Virus record (IMG/VR): IMGVR_UViG_3300025646_000207
Location: 1-31,094 of that record
Direction: 5' to 3' (one strand)
Length of the DNA: 31,094 nt
From: a virus
Taxonomy: Duplodnaviria; Caudoviricetes
Within the stretch, counting starts at the first letter, position 1, and every line of letters starts with the position of its first letter. Made by a program: the position numbers and the translations under genes. Below are positions 25,178 through 31,094 of this stretch, one piece after another. Under the pieces are notes generated by a model that saw nothing but the letters and a program-made list of their open reading frames with translations, had not been told where the DNA came from and searched no databases.

Positions 25178-26082
25178 CACACGCAAGCTTATTTAGCGGA
25201 ATCGGAGGATTTGAATTGGCAGCGGAATGGGCGGATCTGGAGAACATATTCTCATGCGAGATAGAACCATTCAATCAACGAGTACTAAAACACCACTTTC
25301 CAAACACAGAATTACACACAGATGTCAAAGAACTACAAGCAGCTAAGTATAGAGGACGAATTGACGTCCTCACAGGAGGATTCCCATGCCAACCCTACAG
25401 CACAGCAGGACTCCGAAAAGGAAAGCACGACGAACGCCATCTATGGCCCGAAATGCTTAGAGTCATTCGGGAATGCCAGCCACGTTGGGTTGTGGGCGAA
25501 AACGTTCGCGGGCTTGTTAGTTGGAACGAGGGATTGGTCTTCGAAGAGGTGCACACTGATTTGGAACGTGAAGGCTACGAAGTACAAGCGTTTATACTTC
25601 CAGCTGCAAGCAAAAACGCGCCGCACAAACGAGACAGAGTTTGGTTTGTTGCCCACTCCAAACAGCTACGATTGGAACACGGCCAGATCGAAGGAGTCGT
25701 GGAACAAGGCGATAGAAAAGCACAAGGGAACACTACAGGTAAACCTGCGGCAGATGGCGAAGTTCGGGTTACTACCAACACCAACAGCGACGGATTACAA
25801 GGGAGCATATCCCCCGACGAGCATCGACAAGAACCCAGCGAGAAGAGGACTGCTTCGGAACGTATATCAGTACACGGGGGAGGAATATCATTCGAGAAAT
25901 TCCCAACTCAATCCCCGATTTGCGGCGGAGATGATGGGCTTCCCACCGAACTGGACGGAATCACCTTTTCTAAGTGGAGAAAAGAAAGCGTGAAGGCATA
26001 TGGCAACGCCATCGTTCCTCATATAGCTTATGAAATATTTGAGAGCATAAAAGAATACGAGAAAATAAGCTACCAATCATAA
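25174..26082 (+). CDS. C5-cytosine DNA methyltransferase, alpha (catalytic) polypeptide (302 aa)
   Basis: Motif I SLFSGIGG, IV GGFPCQ, VI GENV, VIII PHKRDRVWFV, X YGNAIVP; motif IX not recognisable in this frame. Confidence 0.93.
   Translation: MTHASLFSGIGGFELAAEWADLENIFSCEIEPFNQRVLKHHFPNTELHTDVKELQAAKYRGRIDVLTGGFPCQPYSTAGLRKGKHDERHLWPEMLRVIRECQPRWVVGENVRGLVSWNEGLVFEEVHTDLEREGYEVQAFILPAASKNAPHKRDRVWFVAHSKQLRLEHGQIEGVVEQGDRKAQGNTTGKPAADGEVRVTTNTNSDGLQGSISPDEHRQEPSEKRTASERISVHGGGISFEKFPTQSPICGGDDGLPTELDGITFSKWRKESVKAYGNAIVPHIAYEIFESIKEYEKISYQS
25322..25993 (+). CDS. Overprinted MTase beta polypeptide, variable region + motif IX (223 aa, +1 frame inside alpha)
   Basis: Two LLPTP modules and QLNPRFAAEMMGFPPNWT (motif IX-like); its paralog downstream is conserved in this frame. 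Confidence 0.82.
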   Translation: MSKNYKQLSIEDELTSSQEDSHANPTAQQDSEKESTTNAIYGPKCLESFGNASHVGLWAKTFAGLLVGTRDWSSKRCTLIWNVKATKYKRLYFQLQAKTRRTNETEFGLLPTPNSYDWNTARSKESWNKAIEKHKGTLQVNLRQMAKFGLLPTPTATDYKGAYPPTSIDKNPARRGLLRNVYQYTGEEYHSRNSQLNPRFAAEMMGFPPNWTESPFLSGEKKA

Positions 26083-26701
26083 ATGTCAAGAACTTACAAG
26101 CAAATAAGCATGAAGGACGAATTAACGTCATATCAGTACGCCACCTGCGGTCAGAGATGCTTAGACTCATTTGAGAAGCTACCCCGACCTACGTTGTGGG
26201 CGAAAAAGTTTGCGGCCTTATTGATTGGTCGGTCGGGCTGGTGTTCGAAGAGATGTGTGCTGACTTGGAGGTTGAAGGGTACGACATACAACCGCTCTTA
26301 CTTCCTGTTGTATGCAAAGAAGATCCCCACCGACGGGAATGGGTTTAGTTTGCTGCCTACTCCAACAACGAAGAACGTGACGGGCGGCGCGGTGCAAGTG
26401 AACGAAAACGGCAAGAGGCAAAACAAAGGCGGCACGGAATTCAGCGCACAGCTGCACGATCTAGCGAAGTCAGGAATGCTGCCTACGCCCAAAGCACAGG
26501 AAAACAGGGACAACGCTTCAGGAAGTTCCCAACTTTCGCCCCGATTTGTAGCGGAGATGATGGGTTTTCCCGTGAACTGGACAGAATTACCTTTCCAAAC
26601 TGGCGAGCCAAAAGCATATAGCTTATGAAATTTTTGAGAGTATAAAATCATATGAGAAAATCGTCTATGAAGACCTTGGTTTATTGACAAGACAATCGTA
26701 A
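26082..26701 (+). pseudogene. Decayed alpha-frame remnant of a duplicated MTase gene
   Basis: The -1 frame reads NVKNLQANKHEGRINVISVRHLRSEMLRLI*EATPTYVVGEKVCGLIDWSVGLVFEEMCADLEVEGYDIQ...; stops at 26172 and 26346; motifs I, IV and X missing; tail HIAYEIFESIKSYEKI retained at 26615-26662. Confidence 0.85.
26083..26628 (+). CDS. Stand-alone second MTase beta polypeptide (181 aa)
   Basis: Colinear with beta-1 (YKQ.S..DELTS, LWAK.FA.LL.G...W.SKRC.L.W, LLPTP, QL.PRF.AEMMGFP.NWTE.PF); ATG immediately after the alpha stop. Confidence 0.85.
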   Translation: MSRTYKQISMKDELTSYQYATCGQRCLDSFEKLPRPTLWAKKFAALLIGRSGWCSKRCVLTWRLKGTTYNRSYFLLYAKKIPTDGNGFSLLPTPTTKNVTGGAVQVNENGKRQNKGGTEFSAQLHDLAKSGMLPTPKAQENRDNASGSSQLSPRFVAEMMGFPVNWTELPFQTGEPKAYSL

Positions 26702-26728
26702 ATTCGCAAAACCTGATAATTTAATACA

Positions 26729-27058
26729 ATGGAATCAATCTTAGACCGTCTGCGTAAGCACCACTCCAACATGGTTAGTAAGGGGTGGGAGCAAGTTAAA
26801 AAGGAGTTTGGTGTTGGTGAGAACAGAACCAAGGACAACATCATCAAGAAGGGTGCGTACATATGCGCTGCCTCAAACTTCTACCACCCGACTATCATTG
26901 CCGATGGTTTGGGTTTGCACAGGACAAGTGTTCTGCACCACACAAAGAAGCACCAAGACAACCTCTTGTACGAGGACTACAGGGAGTGTTTCATCCGAGC
27001 CCTGGACATCGTTAACGCAGTAGAGAAATCAGAACCATTCGAATCGCTAATTAAATAA
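26729..27058 (+). CDS. HTH protein resembling the DnaA C-terminal domain (109 aa)
   Basis: IIADGLGLHRTSVLHHTKKH resembles the IG..F.RDHTTVLH signature. Confidence 0.6.
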   Translation: MESILDRLRKHHSNMVSKGWEQVKKEFGVGENRTKDNIIKKGAYICAASNFYHPTIIADGLGLHRTSVLHHTKKHQDNLLYEDYRECFIRALDIVNAVEKSEPFESLIK

Positions 27059-27074
27059 CCCAATTCATTACACA

Positions 27075-27665
27075 ATGAAGATTTACAAGCAACTCCGCGA
27101 ACTACAGGCGGAACTTAAAGCACCGAAGAGCCAGCGGAACACGTTTGGCAAGTACAACTACCGCTCTGCCGAGGATATCCTAGAAGCACTTAAGCCATTG
27201 GCTGTTAAGCACGGGCTGACGTTCAGAATCAGCGACTCAATCGAGATGGTCGGTGATCGTGTGTACGTTATAGCAACGGTATCTGTGACCAACGACGAAG
27301 GAGAGCACATGGAGTCAGATGGGTTTGCTCGTGAAGAGGAAATCAAGAAAGGAATGGACGGCAGCCAGATCACTGGTGCTGCATCATCTTACGCTCGAAA
27401 GTATGCACTTAATGGCTTGCTCCTGATTGACGACACTAAAGATTCTGATGCAACAAATACGCACGGCCAAGAGCCATCCACGCCCAAGGCACAGCCAAGT
27501 CAAGGCGGATCTGGAAAGTCTAACATCATGGACGATGCTGTCGCTTACCTCAAGGGTTTGAGCAATAAGACAGAGAAGGAGAATGCGTTGAAGCAGATTC
27601 TTGCCAAGCACGGTAACAACCTGTCCGACGCTCAGAAAGCAGGACTTCAAAAATGGGTACGATGA
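27075..27665 (+). CDS. erf: ERF-family single-strand annealing protein (196 aa)
   Basis: LKAPKSQRNTFGKYNYRSAEDILEALKP and QITGAASSYARKYALNGLLLIDDTKDSD. Confidence 0.92.
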   Translation: MKIYKQLRELQAELKAPKSQRNTFGKYNYRSAEDILEALKPLAVKHGLTFRISDSIEMVGDRVYVIATVSVTNDEGEHMESDGFAREEEIKKGMDGSQITGAASSYARKYALNGLLLIDDTKDSDATNTHGQEPSTPKAQPSQGGSGKSNIMDDAVAYLKGLSNKTEKENALKQILAKHGNNLSDAQKAGLQKWVR

Positions 27666-27877
27666 ACAGCAGGAAAGCGGTATACATCTTCACCTACATC
27701 ATCATTGTAGGAGCGACAATGCTGACCACCTTGGCTGGGTATGCGATTGCTGCTTTAGCTGGTAAAGACATAACGTATTGGTTGTTTGTGATTCTCTTTG
27801 GATTAATCGGCCTAAACTTTTGGTATAACACTGCTATGGATGCAGCAGAAGAAGTGATTGAAGAAAATGATTACTAA
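27662..27877 (+). CDS. Small two-TM membrane protein (71 aa)
   Basis: Two hydrophobic helices and acidic tail; ATGA overlap with erf. Confidence 0.65.
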   Translation: MNSRKAVYIFTYIIIVGATMLTTLAGYAIAALAGKDITYWLFVILFGLIGLNFWYNTAMDAAEEVIEENDY

Positions 27878-28655
27878 AGACGAATTGGTCGACCGCTTCG
27901 GTAAAGGTCACCTATCCTATAGCAGCATGAAGATGGCTTTAGGAGATATGAAAAACTTCGAGCGTTATATGCTTGGGTTGTTAAAGTTTGAGTCAAAGGC
28001 TTTGGACTTTGGTACGTTGTACGATATGCTGTTGTTTGAACCTGAGAAGGCAGCGAAGGTATACGTTGTTGTTCACCAAGACGAAGTGTTAGAACGCTGC
28101 TCTCCAAAAACCAGATCATCCAAAGCACCTCCAATGACAGCCGAGTACAAAGCCAAGAAGCAAGAGCTGTCCGATGAGTTAGAAGCAAAGGGCAAGGTCT
28201 TGGTGACCAAGACGGATATGCAGGTGGCGAACGACATGATCGACAGGCTTCGTTCATGCGGGTTGGTTGACTCCTATCTGAACGGCAAGTACCAAGTCGA
28301 GTTCAATGAGCAGGTCAACGGTGTACCTGTGAAAGGATTCTTGGACTGCTTGGGTAGTAACTTCATTAGCGACAGCAAGTCAACGCAATCAGTGAAGAAG
28401 TTTAAGTACAGCGTTCGCGACTTCAACTACGATATCCAAGCGTACATATACACCAAGGTGTTTGGCATCAAGGACTTCTATTGGGTGGTTCAGGAAAAAA
28501 CAGAACCTTATACACCAGCTTTGGTAAAGTGCAGCGATTCCACGTTATTTGCAGGGGAAATGAATTTCTCTACAGCAGCGTATCGAATCAGGAATTTCTT
28601 GGACAGACCGAGTGACTACGACCCATCACAGGAATACATGGAATTCGAAGTATGA
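27867..28655 (+). CDS. PD-(D/E)XK exonuclease, RecE/ExoVIII-like (262 aa)
   Basis: LSYSS, ALDFGTLY, KGFLD...ISDSKST, YDIQAYIY motifs; adjacent to ERF. Confidence 0.85.
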   Translation: MITKDELVDRFGKGHLSYSSMKMALGDMKNFERYMLGLLKFESKALDFGTLYDMLLFEPEKAAKVYVVVHQDEVLERCSPKTRSSKAPPMTAEYKAKKQELSDELEAKGKVLVTKTDMQVANDMIDRLRSCGLVDSYLNGKYQVEFNEQVNGVPVKGFLDCLGSNFISDSKSTQSVKKFKYSVRDFNYDIQAYIYTKVFGIKDFYWVVQEKTEPYTPALVKCSDSTLFAGEMNFSTAAYRIRNFLDRPSDYDPSQEYMEFEV

Positions 28656-28747
28656 TGTTTACAACACGTCAAGTTGTCTCCTTTTGGATTAAGTTCACCA
28701 TTTTTATTTCATTACTTTTTTATTTTTCAAACTTTCTTATCAGATGA
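28652..28747 (+). CDS. Unannotated 31-aa hydrophobic peptide
   Basis: MMFTTRQVVSFWIKFTIFISLLFYFSNFLIR; ATGA overlaps at both ends. Confidence 0.5.
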   Translation: MMFTTRQVVSFWIKFTIFISLLFYFSNFLIR

Positions 28748-29085
28748 GCGACAAGAAAAGCTATTCAGGCCCATTGATGGGCTGGGTTAACGACCCGATT
28801 CCTTCTAAGTACGACGAGAACTCTTTCTCAGTATCCTTTCGGTTGAAGAAAGGCGAACTGAAGGAGATATGGGAGAAGTACGTCACCCCATTGAACGAGA
28901 AGGGTGAAGGCGAGAACGCATGGTTCACGATCTGGCAGCAGAAGTCAGGGCGTTGGGGATTGCAAGTGTTTGACCCAAACAGCGAGAGCGCACAAGAGGC
29001 TCGTGCTTCACGGAATAAGACTTCATACAAGCCAAAGCCTGTATCAACTCCTGTAGCAGACAATGAAGACGACCTTCCTTTCTAA
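28744..29085 (+). CDS. ssb: Putative single-stranded DNA-binding protein (113 aa)
   Basis: Acidic C-terminal EDDLPF tail; lies in the recombination/replication module. Confidence 0.65.
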   Translation: MSDKKSYSGPLMGWVNDPIPSKYDENSFSVSFRLKKGELKEIWEKYVTPLNEKGEGENAWFTIWQQKSGRWGLQVFDPNSESAQEARASRNKTSYKPKPVSTPVADNEDDLPF

Positions 29086-29416
29086 GGTTGTCATCATTAT
29101 AGCACGAATTGAGTGGGGGCTGAAGGACATTGTAGTTCTCAGCCCTCATTCATTCAGTGCCAAATCTGAAGATGGTAGGGAGTTCTCCTTTTCATGTCAA
29201 CTGAAGGAACACAAGGAATACAGCGTTGTCCTTGACGAAACCGATTGCGATTGGATTGTGCTGCACATCAGAAACAAAAAGAGAGGGGACAACTACGTGA
29301 TGCTTCCAGGAAACCTATGTGGTAGTACCATAAGTTTTGAAAAAATAGCAAAGGTGATGAAACGATCGTGGCACGATGAATCCAATATACTACATAACAG
29401 GGAGAGCGAGTTTTAA
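29063..29416 (+). CDS. Hypothetical protein (~117 aa)
   Basis: Fills the gap in the operon; start uncertain. Confidence 0.55.
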   Translation: MKTTFLSKVVIIIARIEWGLKDIVVLSPHSFSAKSEDGREFSFSCQLKEHKEYSVVLDETDCDWIVLHIRNKKRGDNYVMLPGNLCGSTISFEKIAKVMKRSWHDESNILHNRESEF

Positions 29417-29609
29417 GAAGGGCAAGAGGACGTTCTCAAAGGACGTATGGATTGTCACTACATACGATGATGTCAACCTCATAAACGCCAAGGACAAGAG
29501 AGCTATAAACAGGCTAAGAAGAGAAGAGTTTGGCAAGAAGTGGGAAGAGGGTATGGCAAGGTTAGTTAAGATTTACACAAAGAAACAAGTAGGCATTACA
29601 AATGGATAA
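29376..29609 (+). CDS. Hypothetical basic protein (77 aa)
   Basis: Overlaps both neighbours by short stretches. Confidence 0.6.
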   Translation: MNPIYYITGRASFKKGKRTFSKDVWIVTTYDDVNLINAKDKRAINRLRREEFGKKWEEGMARLVKIYTKKQVGITNG

Positions 29610-31094
29610 GGTTACCATTTTCAAGAATATGTACGACACGGAACGTCCTCACTACGTTAGTATTGAAACCGTTCTGAAGCGCATACAAGATGGTTCGAGC
29701 AAGTCGTTGGTAGATAAGATACGATCTGGGGATAATGTAAAGAACAGCCTTCCTGTTGTGCTATTCAGCGGTGTCTTTACCAAGCGTCAGGACGACACAT
29801 TGAGGAAGCATAGCGGGTACATCGTCTTGGACTTTGACAAGCTGGACGATGCTGTTGACGTGAAGGGGCAGTTGTCTATGGATCCCTACATTCATAGCTG
29901 CTGGATATCCCCAAGCGGTAATGGCGTGAAGGCTTTGGTGAAGATTGCCGATACAACGAAGCATAGGGAGCACTTCAAGGCTTTGATTCAGTACTTCGAC
30001 AAGCAGTACGGGTTAGAGTTAGATGGCAGCGGTATTAACGAGTCGAGGGCATGTTTCGAGTCATACGACCCTGACATCATCATCAACGACGACAACGAGA
30101 CGTTTGCTAAGATGTCCCTTGGTGACGACCCTGTTGAGTCTGAGCCAAGCAAGGAGAGCACTACGGACTACATGAAGCTGAACTTGGCTGCCAACATGAT
30201 TCGCATGGCAGAAGACGGAGAGAAGCATGCTGCACTGCTGAAGGCATCAAAGCTGTGCGGCGGGTACATAGCAGCTGGGCGGATGGAAGAAGAGGAAGCG
30301 TATCGAGTGCTGCTTCGTGAGATACAGAAGAGAGATATTGAGTCGGTTGACGGTGCTAAGAAGACAATCCAAGATGGTATAGAGCACGGGAAGATTCTAC
30401 CTATATCGGAAACGATATCAAGCGAGAGGGACATCAAGAGACAGATGATGATTGCCGATGGAGATATGTCATTCTTGAGTAGTGATAGTGATGATCTGGA
30501 TTGGATTAACGACTACGCTTGTGGGAATATCAAGTTGGGATTGACTACGGGTAATGAGGACTTGGATGCGTTTTTTCTTTACAAAAAAGAGTTTGTGGTT
30601 ATCAACGGACACAGCAACGTTGGTAAGACTACAACGGCCATGTACTTAATGGTAAACGCATCAATACACCACGGATGGAAGTGGGTAGTGTATAGCAGCG
30701 AGAACAAAACAGCAGCGGTCAAGATGACATTGATGCAGTTTGCTTATGATATGCCTGTCAAGAACATGAACTCAGACCAAAGGAAGCAAGCATACGATTG
30801 GGTAAAGGATCACTTCATTGTTATCTCAAACAAGGATGTCTACAGCTACAGCGATATCATCGTGTTTATTGAGAGGGTGAGGAAGATGCACGAGATAGAC
30901 GCTGTCTTTATTGACCCTTACAACAGCTTGAAGATAACGATGAGCGATAGGGGTATCGGAACGCACGAATACCACTACGAGGCTGCCTCAGAGATGCTTA
31001 CATACAGCACCGCGAATGACATCGCAGTTTGGTTGAATGTTCACTCTGTTACTGAGGCGCAACGACGGAAGGGTGACGACGACCTTCCTGTTGC
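29602..31094 (+). CDS. Primase-helicase (BT4734/VirE-N-like domain + SF4 DnaB-like helicase), truncated by the window end
   Basis: My translation from ATG 29602: HSGYIVLDFD, WISPSGNGVK, SRACFESYDP, then Walker A GHSNVGKT (about 30607) and Walker B VFIDPYN; missing from the ORF track because no stop lies in the window. Confidence 0.85.
   Translation, partial: MDKVTIFKNMYDTERPHYVSIETVLKRIQDGSSKSLVDKIRSGDNVKNSLPVVLFSGVFTKRQDDTLRKHSGYIVLDFDKLDDAVDVKGQLSMDPYIHSCWISPSGNGVKALVKIADTTKHREHFKALIQYFDKQYGLELDGSGINESRACFESYDPDIIINDDNETFAKMSLGDDPVESEPSKESTTDYMKLNLAANMIRMAEDGEKHAALLKASKLCGGYIAAGRMEEEEAYRVLLREIQKRDIESVDGAKKTIQDGIEHGKILPISETISSERDIKRQMMIADGDMSFLSSDSDDLDWINDYACGNIKLGLTTGNEDLDAFFLYKKEFVVINGHSNVGKTTTAMYLMVNASIHHGWKWVVYSSENKTAAVKMTLMQFAYDMPVKNMNSDQRKQAYDWVKDHFIVISNKDVYSYSDIIVFIERVRKMHEIDAVFIDPYNSLKITMSDRGIGTHEYHYEAASEMLTYSTANDIAVWLNVHSVTEAQRRKGDDDLPV

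Noticed and set aside
20318-30437. Minus-strand ORFs in the early arm, including 26298-26690
   Set aside because: Antisense shadows of tightly packed plus-strand genes
30481-30495. AGTGATAGTGATGAT, partial match to the 20-bp repeat
   Set aside because: Short low-complexity Ser/Asp codons inside the helicase gene; likely chance
1-31094. Stop-codon reassignment, CRISPR array, integrase, introns or inteins
   Set aside because: Genes are full length in the standard code, no suppressor tRNA, no repeat-spacer array, and terL and portal are uninterrupted

Overview
Segment of a tailed dsDNA phage genome, very probably infecting a Bacteroidota (flavobacteria-like) host, as judged from repeated TAnnTTTG promoter boxes and a BT4734/VirE-N-type primase domain. 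The left arm (1-19.5 kb, almost all minus strand) is late/morphogenesis: tail-fibre-like and other virion proteins, portal, large terminase, an accessory island (MazG-like, DUF3310, three tRNAs, one tRNA-like RNA, a micro-ORF), HNH-like protein, candidate small terminase, GroES-like co-chaperonin, one plus-strand wHTH-like gene, an M15 peptidase endolysin and probable internal virion proteins. A ~780-bp non-coding strand-switch region (19.5-20.3 kb) separates it from the plus-strand early/replication arm: small hypothetical genes, a Cys-rich Gp88-like protein, a C5-cytosine methyltransferase locus, ERF recombinase, PD-(D/E)XK exonuclease, SSB and a truncated primase-helicase. The most striking element is the methyltransferase locus. 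An alpha gene carries an overprinted beta subunit (variable region plus motif IX, M.EcoHK31I-like architecture). It is followed by a tandem duplicate in which the alpha frame is destroyed but the beta frame stays open with a different variable region, suggesting one catalytic subunit with exchangeable specificity subunits. CCGG appears absent from the whole window. All family calls are from motif recognition by eye, with no database searches.
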